Counted from the stretch's first letter, positions 19,559 through 30,098 are shown. The stretch is 64,000 nt of DNA from Candidatus Poseidoniaceae archaeon (GCA_028356125.1 JAOMTZ010000003.1:25557-89556), one strand, 5' to 3'. Notes: generated by a model not told the origin, from the letters alone. Numbers and translations: made by a program.

Positions 19559-20872
19559 TCATGGAATAATTGTTGATTGACCGTTTATTGGAGTGTGTAC
19601 TGTGTGGCCATTAGATTCGAGTTCTTCAACCAGTGGAGGTCTTGCGTGGTTAGGATCTGTGTGGTATACTACTACTGTTTCAGCTTCGCATTGTTTAGCG
19701 AAATCAACAATTTCTGAATGTCCAGCATGTGTAGAAAAAGAGTACTGACTAACTTCTAAATCAATAGGTGTCCTTTTACCCCATATCGGGACCTGTTTTT
19801 CATCAAGAAGCATTCTACCCCCTGACCCCTTTGCCTGATATCCAGTTAGTAATATTGCATTTCTAGTATTCTCTCTTAAACGGTTTAGATACCAAATTGA
19901 AGGTCCACCGTCCATCATCCCTGATGTAGAAACTATACAGTCGGCGTTCAATGCTTTTTTCTTATCTGATTTTGATGAAACTCTCTTGCACCATTTCCAG
20001 GCATCTTCTAATGCTGATGGATCTCTAAGTGCTTCTGGGTGTTCCATTTGTAACTTAGCAACGTATTTCCCCATTCCATCAACATGAACATCTAATTCTG
20101 GTAGATGTTTGTGTAGTGTCATCACAATATCTTGAGTTCTACCATTAGCAAAAGAAGGTATTAGAACAGTTCCTCCTCTATCCTTTACTTCTACCACTCT
20201 TTCTATGAATGATTGTATCGTTTCTTCTTTTGGTGGATGATCTCTACCCCCATAGGTTCCTTCAACGAATAGTACGTCGCATTTTTCAGGTTTAGCGCCA
20301 GAAGTTAGTGGTGAATCTCTTGTATCAAAATCACCCGTGAAGAGAAGTTTGTGAGTGTCAGTTTCTACATTTAACATTGCAGCACCCGGGATGTGGCCGG
20401 CTTTTGTTAATTTTAATTTCCAAGAATCCTTTTCCCATGTTTCTCCGAATTTATGTGTATACCATGACGAAGTTGCTTCATCGATATCTCTCTTATCCCA
20501 AGCTAGCGGATACCCTTCAATTCGACTTACTTTGTAACAATCATTCCACATCATATGGCTTATTTTAGCAGTTAGTGCTGTTCCGTGAAGTCTCGTTCGA
20601 TGGTTTGAACATAACCAAGGAGCCATTCCCAAATGATCGATGTGAGAATGAGTTATTACAGCATCTTTCACACTTGGGGCTTCCCTTGGATATTTTGGTG
20701 GATCTGTTGGAGCTAATCCATAATCAAGAAGCATTCTAGTGCCATTTTTATCTTCAAATACGCATCCTACATTTCCTACTTCATTACCACCTCCAAGATA
20801 GTGATATCTTATTCCTGAATCAGGCGGGATTTCAGGATATGAAGTAGTTCTACCTGGGGAATAGAAGACCAT
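19559..20872 (-). CDS. MBL-fold beta-CASP ribonuclease (aCPSF2-like); start uncertain
   Basis: Motifs THSHIDH, AGHIPG, EGTYG, FSTHAG. Confidence 0.88.
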   Translation of the reverse strand: MVFYSPGRTTSYPEIPPDSGIRYHYLGGGNEVGNVGCVFEDKNGTRMLLDYGLAPTDPPKYPREAPSVKDAVITHSHIDHLGMAPWLCSNHRTRLHGTALTAKISHMMWNDCYKVSRIEGYPLAWDKRDIDEATSSWYTHKFGETWEKDSWKLKLTKAGHIPGAAMLNVETDTHKLLFTGDFDTRDSPLTSGAKPEKCDVLFVEGTYGGRDHPPKEETIQSFIERVVEVKDRGGTVLIPSFANGRTQDIVMTLHKHLPELDVHVDGMGKYVAKLQMEHPEALRDPSALEDAWKWCKRVSSKSDKKKALNADCIVSTSGMMDGGPSIWYLNRLRENTRNAILLTGYQAKGSGGRMLLDEKQVPIWGKRTPIDLEVSQYSFSTHAGHSEIVDFAKQCEAETVVVYHTDPNHARPPLVEELESNGHTVHTPINGQSTIIP

Positions 20873-21240
20873 AGTTAGTGGTATATTCCAATCTGCAATG
20901 AATATGTCGGACCCCTGTATTTCCATTGGAATCAATTTTAGAGATTGAGATAACAATGAAATTGTAAATATGGTTAAGTGCTATACGCGTCAAACATCAA
21001 TGGGTCTTACTACATTCAGTTGATGTATACATCATTTCTTACTACATCAAAGTACCAATATTTTTGCTCCAGTGGAAACACAGGGGTGGTATAACGTAAC
21101 CCATTTGACATCTTAATATCAAAATTTATACTTCCTTTGGAAAATATAATCTAATTTGAATTGATTAAAAAATCCAATTTTTATTATTTCCATAGGTCAT
21201 CTCGCCGAAGCAGCAATGAGTGTGTGTCCACTGCAACTAA

Positions 21241-21442
21241 TATGGCCGAGTTAGTTCTACCAACTTTTGTTGTAGACGAAGACTTGTGTTATGGGTGTGG
21301 TGCTTGTATTGCATTATGCCCAACGAATGCTTTAGAATTAGTTGATCGTCTTGCCATTGTAGAAATGGAAAGTTGTACACTATGCGAACACTGCATACCA
21401 TCTTGTCCTGTTTTTGCTCTCAGCATCGAAGGTGTTGAATGA
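21241..21442 (+). CDS. 2[4Fe-4S] ferredoxin
   Basis: Motifs CYGCGACIALCP and CTLCEHCIPSCP; start refined to ATG 21241. Confidence 0.9.
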
Positions 21443-22068
21443 TGATAGAAGTTTCTGGTGCTGGAGTTAGGGGACTATCCTGTGGCATTAAATTGTTAGA
21501 ATCTGGATTAGATGTAACAATATTCGAAGCTAGACAAGAAATTGGAAACCCAGTAAGATCACCAGGTTTAATATTAAAATTAGATTCAGAATTCATCGAA
21601 AAAACCGCAGCAAAGAAAAATAATTTCGGTTGGGCTTTTCGAAGAGAATGGTTTGAAAAGTTATTAGCCAAAAAGTTCGTCGACATGGGTGGAATAATCA
21701 AACTAAAAACCACTGGTCCAATAGGCTCAGTAAATTGTACTGGGGGTAAAAAAACAGCCCCGGGGTGGCCCAGTCAAGGTACTCAATATGATTTAGTGAC
21801 ATGGAATGGTGGAATAGTCATTAGTTCAGATATCCCTTCAGAATTTGAATTAAACAGTATCACTGATGATAGGTTCTGTTTTGAACGCGGAGACGGTCTT
21901 ATTGAATGTTGGATAAGAGGAGATTTACCTCGCCCTAAGCAAGGATGGCTAGAGATCATGCAGGGCGAGCACCCAATATCTTCATTAGAAATTTCAGCCG
22001 ATAAAGCGATGTCAGAAGGACATGAAGTAGCCAAAAACCTCATTCATTCCCTACAGGAGGTTTCCTAA
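21439..22068 (+). CDS. short FAD/NAD-binding protein resembling the N-terminus of geranylgeranyl reductase
   Basis: GAGVRG Rossmann motif and EARQEIGNPVRS; only 209 aa; 4 bp overlap with the ferredoxin gene. Confidence 0.6.
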   Translation: MMIEVSGAGVRGLSCGIKLLESGLDVTIFEARQEIGNPVRSPGLILKLDSEFIEKTAAKKNNFGWAFRREWFEKLLAKKFVDMGGIIKLKTTGPIGSVNCTGGKKTAPGWPSQGTQYDLVTWNGGIVISSDIPSEFELNSITDDRFCFERGDGLIECWIRGDLPRPKQGWLEIMQGEHPISSLEISADKAMSEGHEVAKNLIHSLQEVS

Positions 22069-22069
22069 T

Positions 22070-22888
22070 ATGCTACCAGACGAAGGCCTCCTCAACTACG
22101 TCCTCGACCGGAGTTATGGATGTAGACACATCACACTAATAGATCCAGGAAAACAATCTTCTGAGATTGCTACAAGAAGAGCCATTGCAGCGGTTAATTC
22201 AGGTTCAAGAATGATATTCGTTGGCGGTTCTACAGATACACCTGATGAAGTTGTACATGAAACATGCAAATCCATCCAAGAAGCCCTTGAATTACAAATA
22301 TTCGCAGCAAGTCAAGACCCAACTTCTGATGAGGATAAATGGAGAGTACCTGTTGTATTATTTCCGGGTGGCGCACACGCCCTTTCCCCTGCAGCAGACG
22401 GAATTACTTTCATGATGTTAATGAATTCACAAACCAGAAGATTCCTAGTTGGAGAACAACTTAGAGGAGCGCCACATCTTGAAAAATTTGGTGTTGAAGC
22501 TTTACCTACTGGCTACCTAGTCTTTTCACCAGGCGGTAAAGTAGGAGAAGTAGGAGAGGCTGAATTAGTAAAACCCGGTGAAACCGAATTGGTAAATTCG
22601 TATGCATTAACAGCGAAAATGTTTGGTTTCAAAATCCTATACCTTGAAGCTGGTAGCGGAGCATCAACTCAAGTAGACCCTTCATGTATTGAAGCAGCTA
22701 GAATTGTAAATGAGTTATGTTTAATCGTTGGAGGTGGGATTAGGAATGCAGAACAAGCCCGAATTGCAGCTAATGCTGGAGCAAATTGGATTGTTACTGG
22801 AACACTTACTGAAGACGCGTCTTCAATGGAAGAACTTAGTCAGAGAATCTCTGATGTAGTTTTAGGGGCTCAATCCTCGTCTTCGTAA
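22070..22888 (+). CDS. geranylgeranylglyceryl phosphate synthase (GGGPS/PcrB family)
   Basis: Motifs TLIDP, FVGGS, LFPG, YLEAGSG, VGGGIR. Confidence 0.9.
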   Translation: MLPDEGLLNYVLDRSYGCRHITLIDPGKQSSEIATRRAIAAVNSGSRMIFVGGSTDTPDEVVHETCKSIQEALELQIFAASQDPTSDEDKWRVPVVLFPGGAHALSPAADGITFMMLMNSQTRRFLVGEQLRGAPHLEKFGVEALPTGYLVFSPGGKVGEVGEAELVKPGETELVNSYALTAKMFGFKILYLEAGSGASTQVDPSCIEAARIVNELCLIVGGGIRNAEQARIAANAGANWIVTGTLTEDASSMEELSQRISDVVLGAQSSSS

Positions 22889-24138
22889 AGAACAGGGTCG
22901 CCTGTGCCACCTGGTGATTCAGGTCTTGGTGTTCTATCAACATCCATTCCCTTCTCTATTACTTCCAAAGCAGTATCAAGATCTACAGTGCCACCATCTG
23001 CGAGAGTATGCATATCTTCCATTTCAGGAGTAGAAATTGTTCTTTCATAGTCAGGAGAATTAGCATAAACTTCTTTCTTCAACTCCCTTTCGTCATGACT
23101 TCTAACCAACGAAAGTGAATCTGCAAATACCCTTCCAACTACCTCTCGGGTCCTTTCAGTTCTCTTTACTCCATCTAATTCATGAACGGCAGTATCTCTT
23201 TGTGATTCTAATTCTCTAACCTCAGAGGTTCTATCAGTTAGTGCAGCCTCTAAATCTCCAATGGTAAGAGCCATTTGTTGAACCCTTTCGTCTCTCTCGA
23301 AAACATCATTGTGTAATCTTCTCTCTCTTCTTCTCAGAGATTCATATTCTCTATTTCTTTCAAGGAGTCTACGTTTTAATTCTTCAATTTGCTCGACCAG
23401 GTAATCGTGTTCTGCAGAAACAGAACGAGGGCCTTGCATAACACGCTCAATCTGTTCTTCTAATTCTCCAAGGCGCTTGTCTCTAGCATCGAGGAGTCCT
23501 CGTAATCGATCTGCGATATCTCTGAGCCTCTGTCTCTCTTCTTCCAAAGCATCGTTAGCCGCTTTCTCAGCATCTAAATCTGCAGATAGAGAATCTGCTT
23601 GTGATTTCAAAGACCTTACTTCATCAGCAGTCACACTTGTCAATCCAGCGTCAGCAGCCCTTTCCAAAGCCTCAACCATCTGAGACATACGCCCTTCCAT
23701 TTCACCAATAACATCATCTTGTTGAGTGGTTAATTCTCTTAGTTGCATAGCTTCCTTCTCAAGAGAAGCACGCTCTTCTACAGATAAGCCAGATTTGCTT
23801 TCTGCCAACTCCTTTCTTGTATCCTCAAGTAACCTTTCAATATGAACGACTCTTGCACTAGATTCTTCCAAATCATTCTCAGCAGCACGTAATTGAGCGA
23901 GTTCAGGAGCAACAGAATCTTTCCTCTCTGCAAGATCTAATTCTAAAACACGAAGTCTCTGTTTTGAAGTAACTAAATCTTCATTCCTGTCTGCGAGCTC
24001 TTGCCATGCGACCAAGACCTCCTCAACCAGTTGATCAACAGGGTAAGCGCGTAGCATTCCCTCGAGTGCTGCACGCTCATCACCAGTCGTTTCAGTCATG
24101 CGACGAATGCCACCAGATGTCGAACCGCCGAGCGTCAT
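22870..24138 (-). CDS. long coiled-coil protein with acidic tail
   Basis: About 300 residues rich in E/R/L with heptad character; no Walker motifs; start uncertain. Confidence 0.75.
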   Translation of the reverse strand: MTLGGSTSGGIRRMTETTGDERAALEGMLRAYPVDQLVEEVLVAWQELADRNEDLVTSKQRLRVLELDLAERKDSVAPELAQLRAAENDLEESSARVVHIERLLEDTRKELAESKSGLSVEERASLEKEAMQLRELTTQQDDVIGEMEGRMSQMVEALERAADAGLTSVTADEVRSLKSQADSLSADLDAEKAANDALEEERQRLRDIADRLRGLLDARDKRLGELEEQIERVMQGPRSVSAEHDYLVEQIEELKRRLLERNREYESLRRRERRLHNDVFERDERVQQMALTIGDLEAALTDRTSEVRELESQRDTAVHELDGVKRTERTREVVGRVFADSLSLVRSHDERELKKEVYANSPDYERTISTPEMEDMHTLADGGTVDLDTALEVIEKGMDVDRTPRPESPGGTGDPVLYEDED

Positions 24139-24212
24139 TGCGCACAATCGTGCAACAACCATTCTTCAACCTTTCATTGGTCAAGGGGCTCTACGCCCCA
24201 TTTCTAAGACCC

Positions 24213-25217
24213 TTAGTTGATAGCGGTGTATTGCTCATCAGGCATGTCTTGAGCGAGTGCCATAGCGCCTGTAGCAACCTTTTCGATAGGGTCTTCAACA
24301 CAGGTTACAGTAACATCACCAATATCAGCGATGTCATTTGCAATTGCATCAGCGATTCCACCAATGAGTGATCCTCCGCCAGAGAGTATGATGTTGTTTC
24401 TGAGAATTGGTTGGTATTCAGGGTCTGCGGTAGCAACGATTGACTTGATTGCGGCTCCGACCTTTCCAACAACCATTGTACATGCAGCCTTGATTAGGTC
24501 TCCAATGTCAACAACTTGCTTCTTACCTTCAACAGATAATTCAACCATCTGTTCTTTGTCCTCTCCATCCACGTAAGAATATTCTTCTTTCCACTTGCGA
24601 ACCATGTCTTTTGTTACTTGCGCACCAGTGTACTTCTTCTGAACTAGTCCCATTAGTTGCATGTCGATCCAATCTCCAGCTTCCTGGATTGTAAGTTGGT
24701 CTTCTTCTGTTGGGAAGATTCCGTAAAGACGTGCGATGTCAGTTGTTCCTGCACCAATATCGACACAGATAGAACCAGATATTTCACCAATTCCGTATGC
24801 GGTAGCGAATGGTTCAGTAACTACCATGATGGCGTTTACCTGACCACGTAGTGTAGCCACAAGGTTGCTCTTATCTGTGAATGAAACGTGTGAAGGAGAG
24901 CAAATTACTCCAAACACTTCGTCGTATTCTTCAGGGCCAGCGGTTTCGATAAGGTGAGTTACGAAAGCCTTAGCAGCAGCCAGGTTTGCTTCATCATCTT
25001 GAGCAACACCAGCGGCCATTGGACGGTATAGGTTACATGCCAACTTGTTCTTTAGAGCATCATTACCGAATAAAACATCTCGGCCTAGGAAATTACGAGC
25101 AACAGGGTCCTTTGGTCTTCCAACAACCGTCTCGATTGTTTCAATCGAACCTGCGCTACTTGCGATAGTTGATTGGTATGTTCCCAAATCAATTCCAACA
25201 TAGAGTCTTTTTCCCAT
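24213..25217 (-). CDS. MamK/MreB-family actin-like ATPase
   Basis: Phosphate-1 IDLGTYQS, connect EPF, phosphate-2 VDIGAGTTD, adenosine SGGGS; GGTGA RBS upstream. Confidence 0.9.
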   Translation of the reverse strand: MGKRLYVGIDLGTYQSTIASSAGSIETIETVVGRPKDPVARNFLGRDVLFGNDALKNKLACNLYRPMAAGVAQDDEANLAAAKAFVTHLIETAGPEEYDEVFGVICSPSHVSFTDKSNLVATLRGQVNAIMVVTEPFATAYGIGEISGSICVDIGAGTTDIARLYGIFPTEEDQLTIQEAGDWIDMQLMGLVQKKYTGAQVTKDMVRKWKEEYSYVDGEDKEQMVELSVEGKKQVVDIGDLIKAACTMVVGKVGAAIKSIVATADPEYQPILRNNIILSGGGSLIGGIADAIANDIADIGDVTVTCVEDPIEKVATGAMALAQDMPDEQYTAIN

Positions 25218-25292
25218 AATCTCTCACCATTGTCCTTCGGACATTTCGCCCATAGAGTCACTTGACTTAATACTCACTCGCGCTTTTAGGCT

Positions 25293-27407
25293 CTATTCTT
25301 CCTCTCTGAAAGGCGATTTGACATCTTCTTGCCAATTAGCCCCACTTCCTCTAAACATTACACTGGCCGCTACTAAGGCCCCAATAATAACGCCCAGTAT
25401 TCCCCACAACAACGTATCATTTTGTTTATTTTCCATAATCTCCTCACCAGGCACCCGGACATCTGGCTCTACGAAGGCTGGATTTTCCCACCAAATAGTA
25501 AAATTTTCAGTCTGAAATTGGCTCATACTGTACCGAGTCCAGACAGATGAATTATCATCAACAGCCACGACTTCAAACCGCCAATCATGCCGATTCACCT
25601 TTCTTGGAATCAACTCTTTCGAAATATCTACAGAACAACTCGAATTGAAACTATAATTCATAGCAAGGGCACAATCTCCCAAATCGACAGAATAATTTTC
25701 GTTTGCTAAACGAATTGCAAGTACAACATTATCTTTTTCCAGATCCATTATTGACAACTCCAGGGTAATATTTTCGGTGTAATTCCCACCACCAACCGGC
25801 CCCGATAGCATAGTCAAAACAGGGCCGTTATTTGGTAACAATTCATGAACACCAATCACAGTCAAACCAAAGCCAACACTATCTCCTTCAATGCCTAACA
25901 TTCCTTCGGAACCACCATCAAATACAGATTTGGCAACAATTTCAATTTCTACCCAATCCACATCTTCTAATTGGGAAGATGAAAGCCTAACCATCACCGT
26001 TGTTTCGTTAGAAGATTCATGCTCTAAGGGAGAGAAGGCCGATTGGTAATACAATTGGCTATACCCGGAACTACTGAACTGATCGTCAACAGCAACCCTT
26101 CCGTCTGACGTTTTAACAAACAGTCGCAGATCATCAATATCGTATCCCATCGGCCTTGCATTGTAGGATAATGTTACTTCTAAATCTTCACCATTTACTG
26201 GCTTAACATACCGACTCCAGGAATCATTTTGTGATAAAAATGGACCCTTTGCCCCACTTCCATTCCACGGGTTATTTTTCATAGAATCTAAATCACCACC
26301 GCGGCCTTGAATAATTGAAACCCAATCATCTACTTCATATGAGTCATGAACAAAAAACGACGTATTGAACGATTCTAAGGAAGGACGACCGTATCCCTGA
26401 ATTGGATCGGGAGACATTCCAGTTACCGGTTCAGCAGAAGCAGCCAACATGGATTTTAACAATGGACCCGAAGGAGTAAAGCCGTATTTATTCTCAATCA
26501 TTTCTTGCAAAAGAGCAGTAAACGATGCAGCCATTGGAGTGGCCATCGAAGTTCCAGTCATCGAATATGTACCATTATTCATGCTAGTAGTAATTCCATC
26601 TGCTTTTGCAGAAAGAATATTCACTCCTGGGGAAGCAACGAATGTACCCCTCCTTCCATTAACATCAGGCCCGTGCGAACTACTTGGCCATATAGTTGCA
26701 TTTTGCTCTGAATTACTAGCTGCAACAGAGACCGCATTGTAAGCGTTCGACGGCTCTAACATCCCCCCTCCATTATTTCCGGGCGCGATAAAAATCAACG
26801 ACCAGGGATTTTCAACAGTCCATTCATCAATTAACCCACTTCTATTAGTGTAATTGATTGTATTATCTCCCCAAGACCATGAATTGATTACAGCACCATG
26901 TAGCGCTGCCTCAGCCAGTAAATTATCTACTTCCGGGGGGGACCACCCAGTCGAATCTACAATATCTTGAACTACAAGTCTAGAACCATATGACATCGAT
27001 TTGATATCTGAATTATTATCCAAAGGGTCGCAAGCAAGAATGCCTGCAACATGCGTTCCATGCCTGAACTGTTGGTGACCCTGAGTATCCCAATTATCAA
27101 TTGAATCATTCAAAGCAACAATTTTCCTATGATTTATGCCCGGTTCACCAACATCTGTTTCAGAATCTCTAAAGCAAGAATGATCCATGTCAATACCTGT
27201 GTCAGCAACAGCAATTATCACCCCAGTTCCGTTTAGATTATCCAAATCCATTTCTGACAACTCTTCGCCCCATTGCGGCTCTACTGACAAACTATCTGTA
27301 CCGGGGTCAGCGATGGATAAAGGGGTGATTATGATGAGTAATATCACCAAAGTTACCACTCGCATAGTCCTTCTAAAACCACATCCCGATTTAAGTTTCA
27401 TACACAT
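25293..27407 (-). CDS. S8 subtilisin-like serine peptidase, secreted and C-terminally anchored
   Basis: Catalytic triad motifs VADTGID, HGTHVAG, GTSMATP; signal peptide and C-terminal TM. Confidence 0.92.
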   Translation of the reverse strand: MCMKLKSGCGFRRTMRVVTLVILLIIITPLSIADPGTDSLSVEPQWGEELSEMDLDNLNGTGVIIAVADTGIDMDHSCFRDSETDVGEPGINHRKIVALNDSIDNWDTQGHQQFRHGTHVAGILACDPLDNNSDIKSMSYGSRLVVQDIVDSTGWSPPEVDNLLAEAALHGAVINSWSWGDNTINYTNRSGLIDEWTVENPWSLIFIAPGNNGGGMLEPSNAYNAVSVAASNSEQNATIWPSSSHGPDVNGRRGTFVASPGVNILSAKADGITTSMNNGTYSMTGTSMATPMAASFTALLQEMIENKYGFTPSGPLLKSMLAASAEPVTGMSPDPIQGYGRPSLESFNTSFFVHDSYEVDDWVSIIQGRGGDLDSMKNNPWNGSGAKGPFLSQNDSWSRYVKPVNGEDLEVTLSYNARPMGYDIDDLRLFVKTSDGRVAVDDQFSSSGYSQLYYQSAFSPLEHESSNETTVMVRLSSSQLEDVDWVEIEIVAKSVFDGGSEGMLGIEGDSVGFGLTVIGVHELLPNNGPVLTMLSGPVGGGNYTENITLELSIMDLEKDNVVLAIRLANENYSVDLGDCALAMNYSFNSSCSVDISKELIPRKVNRHDWRFEVVAVDDNSSVWTRYSMSQFQTENFTIWWENPAFVEPDVRVPGEEIMENKQNDTLLWGILGVIIGALVAASVMFRGSGANWQEDVKSPFREEE

Positions 27408-27454
27408 GGCTTCGCGCCAGCGCGTTTAAGACAGATTTACAGGTCGGCCGAAAT

Positions 27455-27727
27455 ATGCAAGCCTTCCGCGTATCCGGCACAGCACCTTTTGGTAGCCAAC
27501 GACAGAAGTTCAATCTAGACCTTGTAGCATCATCTGCTGCAGACGCAGAGCATCGCTGTTACTCGATTATAGGCTCACGCCACAAGGCAAACCGCCGCGC
27601 AATCACCATCGAGTCTATTTCTGAAATCGATCCTAGGACCTCTTCAGAACCACGAATTCTAGACGCTTTCCGCGATCAAATCGCAGCATCAGGTGGCAAA
27701 ATAGCCCCAGTTGCAGAGGAAGAATGA
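27455..27727 (+). CDS. rpl18a: 50S ribosomal protein L18Ae/LX (eL20)
   Basis: Motif YSIIGSRHKANRRAITIESI; conserved position upstream of pfdA-ftsY. Confidence 0.88.
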   Translation: MQAFRVSGTAPFGSQRQKFNLDLVASSAADAEHRCYSIIGSRHKANRRAITIESISEIDPRTSSEPRILDAFRDQIAASGGKIAPVAEEE

Positions 27728-27781
27728 ACGCCGACAATCGTCGGGTTCTTGACGGAGAGCCTTCTCCCACTAGGTGAGAGC

Positions 27782-28294
27782 ATGGTTGATTCAAACGAAC
27801 TTCAGAGAATGGCTCGACTTGTAGATATGAACAGGCAGCGCCTAGAAGAGATACAATCTCAGATTGATCGTATCGAAGCAGTTCAACTAGAACATGACGA
27901 TACCAGGCATGCCCTGAAAGCGCTATCTAACGGTTCCAGTGGTCACATTCCACTTGGGGCAGGAGTCATGGTGCCTATTCCCAAAAACGCAACAACAGTA
28001 GTTGATTTAGGTAGCGGCATCTTTGGAGAAAGGTCGCCAGATGACGCCGAAGAATTGGTTACTAAAAGGCTGAATGATTTGTCTGAACTCAAATCCCAAT
28101 TCGAAGCGGACGCAGCAGTACTGACGCAAAGAATTGAAGAACTGTCAACTACTTTTGAAAGAGCTGCTAAGGAAATGACAGAGCAAAACACACCAGTTCC
28201 TGAAGAGCCACTAGGCACCCCTGATACCACACCCGAGGCCACACCAAGGCGTAGGAGAAGAGGGATGGGCGGCGAATTAACTCTTGATGATTAG
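27782..28294 (+). CDS. pfdA: prefoldin alpha subunit
   Basis: Coiled coil, IPLGAGVMV, VVDLGSGIFGE, coiled coil; start refined to MVDSNEL. Confidence 0.88.
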   Translation: MVDSNELQRMARLVDMNRQRLEEIQSQIDRIEAVQLEHDDTRHALKALSNGSSGHIPLGAGVMVPIPKNATTVVDLGSGIFGERSPDDAEELVTKRLNDLSELKSQFEADAAVLTQRIEELSTTFERAAKEMTEQNTPVPEEPLGTPDTTPEATPRRRRRGMGGELTLDD

Positions 28295-28303
28295 GTGTTA
28301 GAA

Positions 28304-29716
28304 ATGGGACTCTTTGATAAATTTAGAAAAAAGGTACAGGTCGCAGCATCTGAGGCAGACACAGAATCTCTATCAGCTGAAGCGGGTTCTGACGAAGCAA
28401 TAGAAGCGATAAGCCAACACCAAGAAATTCCAAACCTTAGCAACATTCAACCGTCATCAAATACAGACGAGTTATCTGTAACTGAGGAAGATGAATGGGA
28501 AGAATTTGACGATGAAGAGGAACTAGAACTTCCTTCAGCGAATGATGACGAATGGGAAGATTTCGATGAAGAAGAAGACTACTCACTCCCAACCAAATTA
28601 ACCCGAAAAGAAAAGAAAATTCTCGCCAAGAACACCAAGCGCGAAAAAGCCAAGAAAAAAACCGATGCCAAGCAGCGGAAAAAAAGAGGCGGAAAAGAAG
28701 TAGAGAGGCTTGCAGGCTCAAAGGTAGACCTTCACATGATGAGAACCACCACCGGGCGGCAATTAGTTGAAGTTAAATCAGCACCTACTGGCGGCATAGG
28801 ATCTACTGATGAAGACGGCATAACCATCGATTTAGGAGGTGGCGTTGTAGAGGCGGGCGGCCGTGTAATCAAGGATAGCGAGGCTCTAAGCAATTTAATG
28901 GAAGAGCTAGAATGGATCATGCTCGAATCCGATATCTCATCAGATGCAGTATCTGCAGTAATGAATGCTCTTCGTAAGAATCTCATAGGACAGAGATTAC
29001 GTAAAGGTGCAGATGTAGCTAAAGTTCTTGAAGCAAGTCTGAAAAGGGCACTAAGAGGAATTCTAAAATCAGGTTACTGGGATTTCTACGAGAGTATCCA
29101 GAGTTTTATCGACAAGAAAGACACCCCTGTAGTAATCATGTTTGTTGGCGTAAACGGCACAGGAAAAACAACTACTGTGGCGAAGATAGCACATCTCCTA
29201 AAACAGCGAGGACATTCTGTAATCGCTGCAGCAGGGGACACTTTCAGAGCCGGAGCAATCGAACAACTAGAAACACACTGTGAGAGGTTAGACATCCGGT
29301 GTATCTCTTCTCAACGCGGAGGAGATTCTGCAGCAATAGCAAGAGATGCAGTTGATTCAGCCAAAGCAAAAGGAATTGATGTAGTATTAGTTGATACGGC
29401 AGGAAGAATGCAAAACAAATCTAATTTAATGGCGGAATTAGAAAAAGTCAGAAGAGTTGCAAACCCCCACCTAACATTATTCGTTGGAGATGCATTGGCT
29501 GGTAACGATGCAGTCGACCAGGCCAAAAACTTCCAAGAAATGCTCAAATTCGACGGAGCAGTTCTCACAAAACTGGATACTGATGCAAAGGGCGGAGCCG
29601 GACTTTCTATTGCTCATGCAACGGGCCGACCAATCGTTTTATGCGGCGTTGGACAAGAATACGATGACCTAATACAGTTTGATCCAGACTGGCTTTTACA
29701 ACAACTATTCGAGTGA
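28304..29716 (+). CDS. ftsY: SRP receptor FtsY with acidic N-terminal region
   Basis: Motifs GVNGTGKTTT, DTFRAGA, DTAGR, TKLD, GVGQ. Confidence 0.95.
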   Translation: MGLFDKFRKKVQVAASEADTESLSAEAGSDEAIEAISQHQEIPNLSNIQPSSNTDELSVTEEDEWEEFDDEEELELPSANDDEWEDFDEEEDYSLPTKLTRKEKKILAKNTKREKAKKKTDAKQRKKRGGKEVERLAGSKVDLHMMRTTTGRQLVEVKSAPTGGIGSTDEDGITIDLGGGVVEAGGRVIKDSEALSNLMEELEWIMLESDISSDAVSAVMNALRKNLIGQRLRKGADVAKVLEASLKRALRGILKSGYWDFYESIQSFIDKKDTPVVIMFVGVNGTGKTTTVAKIAHLLKQRGHSVIAAAGDTFRAGAIEQLETHCERLDIRCISSQRGGDSAAIARDAVDSAKAKGIDVVLVDTAGRMQNKSNLMAELEKVRRVANPHLTLFVGDALAGNDAVDQAKNFQEMLKFDGAVLTKLDTDAKGGAGLSIAHATGRPIVLCGVGQEYDDLIQFDPDWLLQQLFE

Positions 29717-29726
29717 GGTGAACTAA

Positions 29727-30098
29727 TTGGCAGCGGAATTTTTTGATAACGAAGATAGCGCCCACTTATTCCAATTAGTACATATGCTCCAAAGAAGCGC
29801 TATGATGCACATGGGCATGTTGCAAGACAGTGAAGGCAAGATTCACTATAATCTAGGCGAAACCAAGGCAGCAATTGACACACTCAACATGCTCAAAATC
29901 AAAATGAAAGGCAATCTAACCAACAAAGAGAATACTATGCTAAACGGAATAGTATCCGAACTACAACTTCAGTTCGTTAAGGCACCAGCTAGGCAAAGAG
30001 AGTTAGAAAACCAAGTTGCAGAATCAGAAGCAGTTCGTGAAACATTCACAAATCCTAAAGACGGACCGTCGGAAATTATCTCAGATGAAGAAGAATGA
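29727..30098 (+). CDS. DUF1844-like protein
   Basis: Pattern AMMHMG...AKAAID-like (TKAAIDTL)...KMKGNL...ELQLQFV. Confidence 0.7.
   Translation: MAAEFFDNEDSAHLFQLVHMLQRSAMMHMGMLQDSEGKIHYNLGETKAAIDTLNMLKIKMKGNLTNKENTMLNGIVSELQLQFVKAPARQRELENQVAESEAVRETFTNPKDGPSEIISDEEE

Noticed and set aside
20873-21240. AT-rich intergenic region as a replication origin
   Set aside because: There is no cdc6/orc1 nearby and no recognisable ORB repeats, only a short TCTTACTACAT direct repeat. It is adequately explained as a divergent promoter region.
24213-25217. Magnetosome island
   Set aside because: Only a MamK-like actin is present; no other mam/mms genes are recognisable.
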